Positions 40,931 through 53,430 of a stretch of DNA of 64,000 nucleotides are shown piece by piece (position 1 is the first letter of the stretch; each line of letters opens with the position of its first letter). The notes under the pieces are model-generated. The model made no database searches and had not been told where the DNA came from. It saw only the letters and a list, made by a program, of their open reading frames with translations. The DNA comes from Blasia pusilla (Eukaryota), in assembly GCA_050084515.1 (NCBI GenBank), contig CM114271.1:48794001-48858000 (forward strand), given 5' to 3'. The position numbers and the translations under genes are program-made.

Positions 40931-43900
40931 CCTTCCGAATATGACCATAAATCCCCGGGACAGCGGATTCCTGGAGAGGGGAGCTCTCTCAGTTTCATAC
41001 TGAGATAGACAAAGACGAAGAACTCAGAAGGAGACTGTTATACGGCGACTCGGTTGTCTGGACGAAAAGTGGTAGGCTCTGGTGCTCTTGGTCCACAAAA
41101 GATTGGTACCACACTTCCCAAATTTTTTGGCTCCGGATTAGCTGACATCACTGCATTGGCAGTACGATCTCATTTTCTTTCGGTTCCGGCTTCATTTCGT
41201 AACAACCCGGTTGCAACCCCTTCAGGTCTCAATCACTGCTGCCAACCCTAGGTCGCCTCACCTCGTCAGACGTAATTGTCTTGGGCACGAGAGATTGTAA
41301 CCTGCCTGCACTCACTTAGTATGATGTGATCTATTCCGTGAGGAGTCCCACGTAGAGACTTTCCAGAGACTTGATTTCCACATGATTGACCTCTCCATGT
41401 GTGGCCTTTCGAGATTTGGGTGGAGCGCCATGAGGACATATTTTTCTCTACCTTAGTTATTACGCGACTAGCTAATCACATGAGAGAAATTATTTGAGAG
41501 AGCCTTTTTTATTTGCAAATACCTCTTAAAAATTTTGTGCAAGCATGATTAATCCTTTCACTCCCGGTTCATGACATGGGATGCGCACTAGTGTTATATT
41601 AAGGGCACCCCATGCGAGAATTGGGAGATGTTCGCTGTGGGAAGGCTTGTTTCTAATAATATTATGGATGGTGTCTCTCAAAAATTGCTAGTGGTCATTG
41701 CATTCGATCCCTAAGGGGTTCATGCCAATAAGGGCCCTGGATGGCATACGGATAACACAAAAATAGTAGGTAAGATATTCATACTATCCGATCAGTAAGG
41801 TTGCCACGAATAATTTCTATGCCCAAAAGTTTTGGGTGTAAAAAATTCTGGAATCGACCTTCAAGGATTTCTTTCATGCGCATGTCACACCATATCTTGC
41901 CTCTCTACACCTTCGACCACTGCCAACTTTGGGGGAGCAAGATTCCCATCGAGTACGTGAGGCAGTACATAGCCACATCTTCCATGATAACTTTCAATTT
42001 CTATTTGAATTTCACAACATCCACGATGATGGCTTTGATGGAAGGAGAAATGCAATTTCCAACCAATATGCAGTCCTGGTTTTGGATTTTTTTTAACCAA
42101 AAAGAGGGCATGTCGTGTTGGTATTTTTTTAACACGGCATGCCAAAAAATACGTTGTGTTAGTGCTCGCATAAGCACTAACACGGCATGGAGGGGTAGTA
42201 CTACGGGGAGATACAGAAAGCATTAACACGGGGAAGTAACACGGTGTGGAGAAACAAGAGTTGAGTGAGTCCAAATATTTTTACTACAACTCACATCTCT
42301 ATTCACATCCAAAGGTTGAGAAGTTACTTGCAAAATAACTTGCATTCAAAATCGTGTACTAGTAGGGGATGTAACGAAAGACGCCAAGCATTACGTGGCA
42401 ATCTCAACACAAATTCACAGTTAGTGCATGAATTCATCTCATGTAAATCAAAGTTACCCAACGTCCACAATTGCAAGAGATTCATTGCTCTTAGAGAACG
42501 TGTGCACTATGTTTAGGAGCATTATACAAGTTTTGAATGCAATGGCCTCTTTTTGTTACAAACCCAAAATCTTCTTCGTTTTAATGTTTGGCGAAATTGA
42601 GGTTGTGAGTAGTGCAAGCCCACTCCTTGTTGAAATGCTAGTGGTGAGAATCCTTGGTTGGCTTCCTCGGAAAATATGGGCAATTCCCAGCATCTCAAGG
42701 GCCCCCTTGCATGTCGTCGGTAATTACCTAGTTTCCGGAATGCTCTTCCCAAAAGTGTACCATTTCCTGGCCAGACCCTATAATATCTAAGGCTCTATTA
42801 GAAGCTAATGCCCAAGATCTCGCCAATGCATGTGTCAGAAATTGGAAAACCAGCAAGTTTACATGCATGGCAAAGCCACATTTGTTGGAAGGATGAACAA
42901 GTGGATCTTTTTTAAATATTAGAGTAGATAATGGCCACCCGTTAGAGGGGATGTGTTTTCAAATGTTGTACACCACGACACAAATTTTCTCTCTGGGCAT
43001 CCAATCTACATCATAAGGCTCCAATTCAAATAATTTAGACCATGGGCAAGGACAAAAAGTATTTTAGTCATAGGATGCCAAGGTTTGTTCAACTTTGTTG
43101 GATGGGGATGAGCCAGAGGAGGGAATATCCCTTCTTCATTTCAGTGTGCTCTCTTGTTGAGTCATTCTCTTGCATCAGCTCTTTTCTACTCTCTATTGTG
43201 ACCAAGGTTTAGCACATCCCAAATTTTTTAGTAAAAAAAACTACTTTTTCCAATGCTACGGACTATATGCAATTCGTACCTAAGGATCTGAAACACCAAA
43301 ATCTAGGGTCCCTATGAGGTTAACTCCATCACTCTGATCTTGGCTTACAAACTATTAAAAGAAAAAGTCAAAATAATCTTATATCTTACAAAATTGCTAC
43401 TCACATTTCATACATACCTTATATACCAGCTACAAAATCATGTAGCAATTATTAGGAAGTGCATGCCCTTTATTACAAAGTGATGGGAGGATTATTCTCG
43501 TAAGCTATAAGGACTCCTTTAATTCTTTCAAGCAAGATGTTAGGGATAACAAGTCGTAGGAGCATTGGTAGTGGGTTCCATATCATAGATATTGATGTGG
43601 CGTTGTTGCCACAAGCTTGTTGGGCGCCAAGGCCCCTTCGCACCTTAAACTACCCCCACCCCATCCCCTCTCCATTTTTCTCCCCTTCACATGGGGGGAG
43701 AAGAATTCATTTTTGTGATTCTTCTCCGACTCTTTTGATTTCCTAGAAGTTACTACATGGAGAGTTTTTTTATTTCAACAACTCCCTGAGTACTTTAGGT
43801 GGAACATGATAGAAGAAGACATTCATATTTCATGGTGTATGTTTTCATACTAAAGTTTATATGTTTGTATGTGGTGTGGATATTTTGTATCCACACCACA

Positions 43901-45312
43901 CACAAAATTCCTTTGTGAGGAAGTTGTTGGAGATAGCCAAAATTTTCAATTAATCTTTCGGCAATGGGGAGAAAATTTTTAGCAAATGGCCTCCCATGAT
44001 ATGTTGGATTGGTGGAGTATCTTTTCAAATTAGATTAAAGGAGAGAATTGTACAAGATGGATTGAATCCAACTTTGAGAATAGATTGGTGACTAAATTTA
44101 TGAACCCGCTCAGGCTGAAATTGTTTGCCAACTTCTATGGAAATCTAAAAAGCACTTAGACGCTTCTTTGTTAATTTCATAACTCATACCAATATCCATG
44201 ACCAGATTCTTTAGAATGCTTCTCGCACGCTTTGTTAAATGTATGTTTTTTCAAGTTATTGGTACAGTATCATGCAAGGAAGACACATTAATAGATTCTT
44301 GACCCAATTGGTAACGTCCTTGGAATTGGTCTCCTTGAGGAAAAATTGAGTAGTTCCTTTTCAAACTCTCTTTGGCCTCAAAATCCTCACATGAGCCCAT
44401 TTTTCATAGTGGACTTCGTCATCGAGTGTTTAGCCATATGGTTGGGCTCATCCTTTGACATTGGTGGTGACGATGTTCTCTAGTGTCAACCTTGGATAAT
44501 TTGAGACACTATAAACATCTTCAATTGTCAAAAACAAGCTAGATGGCACATCATGAGGCAATGGGTGACAGCCTATGGTTCTTAAGTTAGGAAGAGGAGA
44601 TAGCCTTCATTGTTTTAATTTTGCCCACAAAGAACTATGATCCAGTCAGTTTTTTTTTAGTCTTGAAGAATGATTGTCCATATCACCATAGTGGATAGCT
44701 ACATTCTTGATCAATTTTGAAATTTTGAGCATCAAAATTTTTTCCCACTAACTTATTCTTCTAAGACTAATTTTTTTCAAATTTGGCAAATCCATTGAAA
44801 TGAGCCCAATTCCTCTTCCATTTTTTCTCATCCAGTATTTTTAGCAAGTTCACCATTTGCATAATTTGACACCTTTATCCTCACCTTCTAAAGCTCCTCT
44901 TGAAGAATATCTTATTTTGTGGTGATATTAAGATGCAACTTCAACATGGCATCGATGATTCCTTAGATCACCTTTTTCCTATCCACCTTTGTAGATTTTT
45001 TCCCTCTTGAGGTATCTCTAGACTTGTCCCTTTTACTATTACCGTCTTGGTTGCAAGGCTAATGTCTTTGTGAGGCATTATGTCCATCTTCAACAAAACT
45101 TATGTTATAGCCATAACCAAAAGCATAAGTTTAGGGTAGTAGAAAATAGCCCCATGAAAGTTTCTTCTACTAATTGTTCCAACATACTAATAGTGTTATA
45201 TCATACGTGCATTCATCATAAATCCAAAATAAATAACATGGATTCAAAATCAAACATATTATATAATTTTTTCTTTTGAAGTCTTATAACCGTGACTTGG
45301 CTTTAGAGGATA

Positions 45313-45472
45313 TGTCATACGCATGCACATCGCTACACAACATACATCGGTGTCACCGACCACACATACAAACACATACAAGACCATGCTAACTCATGGC
45401 ATCCAAACATCGAGACAATAAATATATCTCCAATAAATCAAGTAACACTCTCACAATGTCTCACATGGTGCA

Positions 45473-45550
<78 letters not shown>

Positions 45551-45955
45551 AACCCACTCTCCTAATGAGAGGTTTGGGTTACATACAAAAGGCAAGGAGG
45601 ACCATAACTATGTCGCCTCATGCCAAGAGGTTCAACAAAGAGAGATAAGCTCCCTCTATTTGGGTATACCCCCTTCCCTCTCCCAAGATCTCTCCACTAT
45701 TACCTATGATCATAGGTCATCTCCTTGGCTCTTGACTTCTTGTAAGAGTTCAAAGGCCACTTTCTAAAGTGGAAATTCAACTATGCACAAAATAGTAATT
45801 TACCCAAAATAGTAAGTTTCTATGTATGGCTCCAAATGAGCCGAAACAAAGGCAAAACCTGCTCTCTCAAGTTACCCGTGGCCTCAGCAAGTCACACTCG
45901 ACCTCCATGATGGCACTCTACTATATCTCATCGATCTATCCTAAAAGACGTGATA
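45313..45955 (-). mobile_element. Short composite remnant: partial LTR-like segment fused to a (CT)n-containing terminal segment
   Basis: 45313-45435 matches 45958-46085 and 57792-57905; 45435-45955 matches 60600-61149. Confidence 0.65.
45480..45546. repeat. (CT)n microsatellite
   Basis: Direct observation; a paralogous tract lies at 60644-60705 in the same repeat family. Confidence 0.97.
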
Positions 45956-45957
45956 TC

Positions 45958-46152
45958 TGTTATGCGCATACATATCGTTACACAACATACATCACTGTCA
46001 TCGATCACACACACAAACACACATGATCTCATGCTTACTCATGGCATCCAAACGTCGAGACGATAAGCACCAAAATATCTCCAATTGCCGCCCTAGCTCG
46101 TGGTTAGGTCCCTCTAACTCCATATAGCCATTTATCCCTAGCTACCATGACA
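45958..46152 (-). repeat. Candidate short (~195 bp) 3' LTR
   Basis: Bounded by TGTTATG...CATGACA (terminal inverted repeat, TG..CA); a homologous block lies at 57792-57977; no clear polypurine tract. Confidence 0.5.
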
Positions 46153-46269
46153 TGCATCTCTAGGATGCTAAGAGCAAAAAGGTCGGGTGCTCATGTGACC
46201 CCATCGTTATTCATCTTCTTGTCATCCATGTTATAGACACAAGTCAAAATCTATAACTACCTATATATT

Positions 46270-47661
46270 CTATGCACATCGAGGGCACATCCATCATCCT
46301 TGAGGAACCCTAGTGAGAAGGCATAGACATGCCATATGTCACCCTCTTCAACATCCATCATATACTAACATAGTGGCTGCACCACGGACGGAATCACACA
46401 ACATATATTGCAAGCTTATAGGAACTACTGCTAAGCTTGGAATAATTGTACTATCAATGTTAGGAAGGTGACATCGCCTACAGTTACGTTCATGGTCCTT
46501 CCAAACCATACCATCGCGTCCCTCCAATAAGAGAACACCAGATGGAAAAATACCATGCACTCTCTAAATGGTGCGCCCTCTACTCACATCCAACGTCATG
46601 GATGTTTTTTATTGCAAGTAGATGTAATCTCCTTGATGAAACCTCTAGATAGTTGCTCGATAATCACCTCTCCGAATAGTCGCATACCTCAAAGTATCTT
46701 GATGTTGCGCAATCGCCAAGTTCTCAAATGACATGGGCATCACTCTCCAAAATAACTCAGGCCTCTAAGAATAAGCTTGCATCCATACATCATGGTCATC
46801 AAAGTTCAACACCTCATCAGCATCTTGACGAACAGCCACAGGTTAATCTGGCTCTCGGCCATAAAGCAGCAAGTATGGTGAGAAAGACGCTAAGGATGCC
46901 TGCTTGTTGAATCTGTATCTCATCACCAACCATGGTAATTGGAGGTCCCAATCTCCTAGGTGACCTCTCTACAAGCCATACTTACGTAAACCTCTCTACT
47001 AGTCCATCCTCCTTAGGATGATCTCGATAGTGGTGCGGTGGTTAATCAATGCCTGATCATACAAGGCTTGAAACTCCCTGTGAAAATCCGTATCCTAGTG
47101 TGTCAACACCTTAGCTGGTACGCCATAATGACTCAGCACTAGATCTAGGAAGGCATACACTACTTCTTCACTCCCTTTGTGAAGAAATGCAACCAACTCT
47201 ATCCACTTCGAGAAGTGTTCAACCATCACCAACACATAGCAACTATGGCGCTCTATCAAAGGTAAAGGTCCTGCCAAATCCAAACTCCATCTATAGCCTA
47301 AACCTATGATCGGAAGTGGATGCAACTGTGGAGTCGGAGCATTGAAGAATGCCCAGACTCGATCACACACCATGCACCTCGTAACAAACTGCTCAACATT
47401 AGTCTGCATACCTCGCCACCAATACTCTTTCTAGAGCAAGTTGTACGTCCGCTTCACTCCAAAATGACCCAACTCCTTGTGGGCATGATGCACCAAACGT
47501 GCTCTCTGTAAAGGATGAGGCACTACACACACTCTACCATCCTCCCAAACTTGAAACACATGTGTTCCCTCCCACCAGAGTCGTTTGGCTTGCTCTAGGA
47601 TCCGATCCCGCTTTCTAGCATCCACTGTGCTTGCGACGCTACTAGTATGCAAGTACTCCAA
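46270..47661 (-). pseudogene. Gypsy integrase with C-terminal PHD finger (disrupted)
   Basis: HHAHKELGHFG and CMVC zinc-binding motif, WSLDLAGPLP...VEHFSKW core, then DHERNCRRCHLP and a decayed PHD; several stops and frameshifts. Confidence 0.9.
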
Positions 47662-47879
47662 GACTATTCCATCCTCGTGAATATCTTGGCTACCTCTCGT
47701 CTCCTCACTGGCCTTTGGATCTAAGGACCCTCCATCAACTTTGTCATCAAAGTCTTAGAAATTTGGCTTTCCATAGCCAACAAGCCCAAATAGGCTAACA
47801 CGTGCTATCCATGCACCAACTCCTCATCACTCTCTCCATGCCACCAAGCTCCAATCGCATCTTGCTGACTCGGGCATAG

Positions 47880-48492
47880 ATTACGACTCAACCCATCAAC
47901 ATCTTAGTGGAGCGTCCCAGATCGATGTACCATCTAGAAATCATACTCCTGAAAAAAGAAAGCCCAACTTGCAAGCTTCCCTATAAGCTTGTCGGACTCT
48001 ATCAAGCAGTTAAGTGGTTGATGATCAATGATCATGGTAAAGGGGTTTCCAAATAAATAACACGTGAAACGTGCGATAGCCCATATTGCAGCGAAGCACT
48101 CACCCTCATTCAAGCTATACTTTGCCTTTCTGGCGTCGTTCAAGGAACTAGCGTAAGTCACCATGAACTCTCTATCCTCATCGTCATACTGGGTGAGCAC
48201 GGCTCCAAGCCCCAACATGCTCCAATCTCTATGCAATTGGAAAGGACGCTCCTTGATCGGTCTCCTCAATATGGGCACGGACGTCAATCTATGCTTGAGC
48301 AGCTGAAATGCTCTCTCTGCTCATCCCCCCAGCGCCTCTCGTGATCCACCTTGGTCAACAAGGTTAGCGGCTTCGCAATCGAACTGAAACACTTGATGTA
48401 CCGTCCATAGAAGTTTGCCTATCCCATGAATGCACGAACTTGCCTCACATCTATAGGGCATGGAATGCATGAAATAGCCTCTACCTTCGTCT
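47880..48492 (-). pseudogene. RT C-terminus/connection and RNase H of gypsy pol
   Basis: KVEAI...VRAFMG*ANFYGRYIKCFSSIAKPLT, then DWSMLGLGAVLTQ...EGECFAAIWAI...DHQPL...QEYDF. Confidence 0.9.
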
Positions 48493-51400
48493 ACAAAGAC
48501 ACATCAAGGAGGATGTCGCAAAGAAAGTGGCCGAGGTACAAAGAAACTCTTCGGGATCAAAGCCCGGAGTGATCAAGTTAACAACAACATCACAAATTTG
48601 TGAACAACTGCTTGGAATCCCTGGGCAAGGCGAGATCACAACTTCTGAGGAGAAACAACTCTGGGAAAATCTCGCATTTCTCGCTGATCCTGAATGCTTT
48701 GGGAATTTGCTACGTCAAATACGGGTACTGGATGGAAAGACGGCCGAAATGGATGCCATTGCCAGAATCAAGGCCAACTCCAGATTTCCATTTATTCAAA
48801 GATAGCAATTCATGGGCCAGAGAGGCAAAGGATCCAGGGCTTATATCTTCAAAATGTCAACGATAGGGCCGTCGAGTGGCCTCGATCTTATAGATCGAAT
48901 GAGGGAAGGGGAAGATCTTTACGGCAGTTGGGTAAGCTTTGATATTTGCTACAGAGTGCTGGATGGATGGTTGACTATGGGTGCTCACCTTTATGACCAT
49001 GTGGAGAAGGGACAAAAACTATATTTGTCTGTGAGATAAAAGCAGAAGACATTGGCAGTTTGAAGATGTGTTGGTTAATCTTATTGGAGGTGGTGAAGGA
49101 AAACAAAAGGCCACCTCTGGAAATTTATGGATTCATGGCGGACAATGCACAACCTGGGTGGATTACTATCAAGGAAGTGTTCTCGGATGGAGAGGTTCAA
49201 CTAGAGAGGGAAAGGTTGGATGCTTTCCATTGGCAACAGTCTGTGACCCGGTGCACCAAATCTTGCATCAAGGAGAATAAGAGGACAGAGCATGTCAATC
49301 TACTCCAATGCTGCAAGGAGAGCAAAACCTTGAAACAGGCCATGGAGTGCCAAGAAGAACTACACGGGTGGTGGAGGAAGCATGCGATTGAGGGGAAGTA
49401 TAAAGAGTTGTGCTCTTGGCTCAGTTGGTGGACTGTACGAATGAGACAATGGGGAAACTTCATGCGGCAAGTGAGTTCAGTATTTTGTCGTGTCGAGCTC
49501 ATGCTGAGATTGTTTGAAAAGTTGCAACTCAAGTTAAGAAGCATGGGCACTATAGGGATTTCAAACTGAAGAAACCAAGCAATCCGTCGGATGCAACGGG
49601 TTGCCTGAGTGTGCAACCAGTCGGAAACCGACGGGTTGCATCAAGAATGTTTGTGTTTCCCGGCAAAGCGCGACATCATGCATGAGGAATATTTGTGCAA
49701 CCCGTCGGAACGGGACTGGTTGCATGACTGTGCAACATGTCGAATCTCGATGGGTTGCAAGTTGCATGTATACAAGGTCTGCAAATATTTCGACCCGGAT
49801 GGGTTGCAAGCCGCAAGATTGCGAGTTAACTCGGTCTGCAACCCGTCAGATTCTCACAACTTGCGTCTGTCTGCAACGTGTCGGATTCCGACCAATTGCG
49901 TCTGTATGCAACTCCTCGCATTCAGACATGTTGCGGAATCCGACAGGTTGCACAAGCATTTTCGAGACCGGACCGGCTTGCTTCTCACAACCCGTCCGAT
50001 TTTGACGGGTTGGAGTAGTAGGTTCTTGGGTCCTAGGTTGCAATAAAAGGTTATTGGGACATTCCAGGGATGTCTCCGACTTGCAACCCGTTTCAAGTCG
50101 AAGGCTGGAAAATCCATGTATGACCCGTCGGATTCTGATGATTTGCACTTGGATCTTCCAGCCCGGAGTGGCCAAAGTTACTTGCAACCCGTCTGAATCC
50201 GACGGGTTGCAGTAGGTGGTTCTTGGATGTTGCAACAAGTCGGAAACCAACCGGTCGCAGAGTCATTCATGGGATGCTTCCAACTTGCAACCCGTCTGGT
50301 TCTGACAGGTAGCTTTTTTCTTTGCTCATAGTGCTATTTTCGTTCCCTTCTCACATTGCCGTTGTTGCAGGGATTGAACATTCATGAAAATGCCCTCTGC
50401 CCCAACACAAGTGGATCAGAAAGTGTTCATTCCTCCTTGAGGTCGTCACAAGCATGCCAAAGAATTTCACTTTTGGAGGCATGCCAACAAGACCAGGCAA
50501 GAGCAATGCTACAGTCTGCAGCATCCCATATCTTTCTCACAAAATGCATAACAAAAGGAAGGGAGCCTTCAATTTACGAGCTCTATGTCAGGGCGGCTGT
50601 GAGATCTGGTGCTGAAAAACTCTATGTGGAAGCCTTCAATTGGTGCATAGCAGGAACTACCCTTGAGCAAGATTTCCACATTGGTGGGGACATTCGTGGG
50701 CGTGTTAAAAGACGTCCCATACATATGGTGATAGACCAGTCCGAGCGAGACTCGTGGAGACCAGATAAGTATCTTAACTTCAGGCAAGTGAAGAGGAAAA
50801 ATCGAGGAACAAACTTGGTGATTGATTTGGATGAAGAAATTACACGTCCCAGGTATTTAGAGACGCCGGATTGCTCCCAAATCCGTGATGCAGTAACCTC
50901 TCCAAAATCACTGAATGTTTTATTTCAAAAAAATCCTCCGTTGTTGGAAGTTTGCAACATCCGGTCTTTGGGGTGGTTCAACAGTATGGGATTCCGGTCA
51001 TTGAGGTGGATTGCAACCTCAAAAGGTGGCATATATCTCGGAGCAACCTTGGACGTGGATCCACTTGTAGGGCAGAATCTGATGGCATTAGGAGAGCATG
51101 CGGCACTTTCCTAAATAAGAACTGGACGACCACTGCTTGGATTTTGGGGACTCAAAACCTTTGATCGTTTCACGAGGACCGGGGATCAATTGAAGTACTT
51201 CTTCTGCCCAAATGAATCTTGCGCTTTTCAAAAGTCTTATCCGGCTGCCATTGGAGCTCTAGGGAATACCCCCACGATTTGGCCCATTGCCGCAAGTACG
51301 AATTGCACTCAGGACGAAGTGGACAATCTTACAAGTGTTGGTTTCATACTCATAGACGGAGGAAGTTCGGAGCATGTTCGCATTACAGAGACCTTTGCAT

Positions 51401-52300
51401 TTCGTATTCAACCCAAGATTGATTTCAACATGTATCTAAAGAAGGTGGATGATCTCAATCCACTATTTTTGTTTGAGTGTAGAAATGGGGTGAAGAGAAA
51501 CAAAATGTGTAAGCCGACGGTGGAGAGAGCAAAGCAAATTGCATCAGCTCAAGAGGCAAACATGGAAATCATTGCCACAAAAGATGTCCAGAGTAGCAAT
51601 GGAATAGGAAGGATGTATTGGGTCAGGAACAACACTGTCAATTCAAGTGTCATAGGGGTGTATGTGGTGCACATATGTTGCTTTCCCACATGTTCCTATG
51701 ATGACTTTGTCCAAAGAGAGACAAGTGGGAAAAGAGATTTCCCTTGTAAGCACTTGTACTATGTGTTGCTTGTAGTTTTAAGAGAGTTGGAGCTAGGAGT
51801 AGGAATCCACCAACCAATTATATCCCTCAAAGAAGTACAAAGTATTTTAAACAAACCAGTTTGAGGATGAAAAATGAGATCTTAGATTGTACTTTCATTT
51901 GCCAGAACCTTCACTTTGAGCTTGAATGATACATTTTTTCCAAACCTTGGATGGAAAAAGTGATTTGTTCCACATTTATGATTCCACTAATTTTTCAGTT
52001 TTTTAAATTTCATGCAAATTGCAACCCGTCGGATTCAGATGGGTTGCCAAAATGTGGAAGAGGAAAAAAAATCTGTGGGAGTGCCTAAGCACTGAGAACA
52101 AAAGTGCAAAAAAATTCACAAAAAAGTTTCCTCTCTTCAACCCAACAGAAACTCTCTTCAAATCACAGGAAACTCTCTTCAAAGAAAAGTATCTCTTTGG
52201 GTTAAAGGTAGTTTCCTCTCTCCTCTCTTCCTCTCTCCTCTCTCCTCTCTTCCTCTCTCCTCTCTCCTCTCTTTCTCTCCTCTTACCGCTCCTCTCTCCT
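48493..52300 (+). mobile_element. 5'-truncated MULE-like transposase/SWIM fragment occupying the RT position
   Basis: WVSFDICYR, GFMADNAQPGWITIKEVF...DAFHWQQS, NTSGSESVHSS and SWIM-like PTCSYDDF...PCKHLYYV; intron ~49471 (GTGAGT) to 50370 (TTGCAG); stops present; no TIR or TSD visible. Confidence 0.75.
49580..50315. repeat. Array of ~15 degenerate 29-bp palindromes, consensus TGCAACCCGTCGGA-N-TCCGACGGGTTGCA
   Basis: For example 50183-50211 TGCAACCCGTCTGAATCCGACGGGTTGCA; copies are separated by variable spacers; an isolated copy lies at 52020-52048. Confidence 0.9.
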
Positions 52301-52479
52301 TGTGTACCTGCAAAACATCCCAAGAAGTCCAAGGATGTCTCTCTGGGTCTCCCTTGGTGTGTCGATCTCCTCGGGTCTCGCCCCCAGCCACTGCCTCCAC
52401 AGTCTTGGTAGGCATGGGGCTCACCAATGCAACCGCTGTGATCTGTCGCGATCTCATCCGACGCTGCTCAGCCACTCCC

Positions 52480-53430
52480 AAGCTGAAGATCCATGTCAAG
52501 CAGTTCAAGTCCATTGCTTGACCCAAGACATGGCGTCGTGATGCCTCTGACACTGATGGTACTGCCGTTACTCCTGTGGGAAATCCCATTGCCCACTCTC
52601 TCTTGTCGGCGTTGGGCTTCACCGACCTGTGAACCTGGTCATCCCAAACCAAGCCAGGACCGGCCTCCTTATATGCATAGGAAGCGGGAAAACTCACAAA
52701 CGTGGAAAAGGCTGCCCGCGGCCAGCCTACCCTGTTGACCACAATCAACACCGGTCGATCGTCGTGTCTCACTGCTTGTGATCGACGACCCGGATCTTGA
52801 ATGAAATTCACTAACAAGTGGGAGGGACTCTCCACTCTCGTATACGCCCTCCGCAACACCTCGTGTGGTACCATGTTGGTCGACCATAGACGCGGGAGAT
52901 GTGCTCGAGAACCCACACTCGCCCCATCCAAAACTAATGCTAGGCCGATCCAAGAACCCACCTGATGTGTACTTGTCACCACCCGTGACCTCGAATCGCC
53001 CAAGATCGGTACATTCTCCAGAATGTAAGCCGGTGAACGGGAGTGATGCTCCTGCAAATATCTCAAGACCCTCAACATCTCCCAAAATAACTTGGATCGA
53101 GTGTTAGCCAACCCGATGCCTCGTCTAGCACTTGATTGACCTTGACATGGCCAACCTGCAATGACCAAATCAATGGTCCCTACCCACTCCAATACCTGCG
53201 CCCCTAGCAACAAAATATCCCTCGGTAGGGAACTTTGGTACCCCTCTACCGCGGACGCAGACAACAAGTTGGGAAAACATAGGCGTAACTGTGCCACATG
53301 TCATAGTGAGACGCGCCTTGCAACATCATCATTCTCCATATATAGGTACTGCTGCACTCGCACTCTTGGTTGCAAAACAACAGCTAACCCGGTGCTAATC
53401 CCTCCAAAGAGATCTAACACCTGAATAACC
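52480..53430 (-). pseudogene. C5 cytosine DNA methyltransferase domain (Dnmt3/DRM-like appearance) within retrotransposon pol
   Basis: Motif I VLDLFGGISTG (53420), II YMEND, IV DLVIAGWPCQG (catalytic Cys at 53145-53147), VI YILENV, VIII RAHLPRLWSTN, IX REWAMGFP, X LGQAMD, all in one frame with a single TGA at 53301-53303. Confidence 0.92.

Noticed and set aside
41500-45250. CACTA/En-Spm transposase remnant
   Set aside because: Only a faint YIMEDVAMYCLTY resemblance on the minus strand; too decayed to support without a database search.
49601-50250. Cys-rich overlapping ORFs
   Set aside because: By-products of the palindrome array inside an apparent intron.
49580-50315. CRISPR array
   Set aside because: Repeats are degenerate, spacer lengths are highly variable, there are no cas genes, and the context is a eukaryotic intron.
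52003-52332. Glu/Arg-rich or Ser/Leu-rich proteins
   Set aside because: Translation of a CT-rich low-complexity tract.
52179-53297. Bacterial restriction-modification or host DRM/CMT/MET1 gene
   Set aside because: Embedded in pol between protease and RT/RNase H, intronless, with no BAH/chromo/UBA domains and no partner nuclease; the last ~40 residues are read-through into a low-complexity insert.
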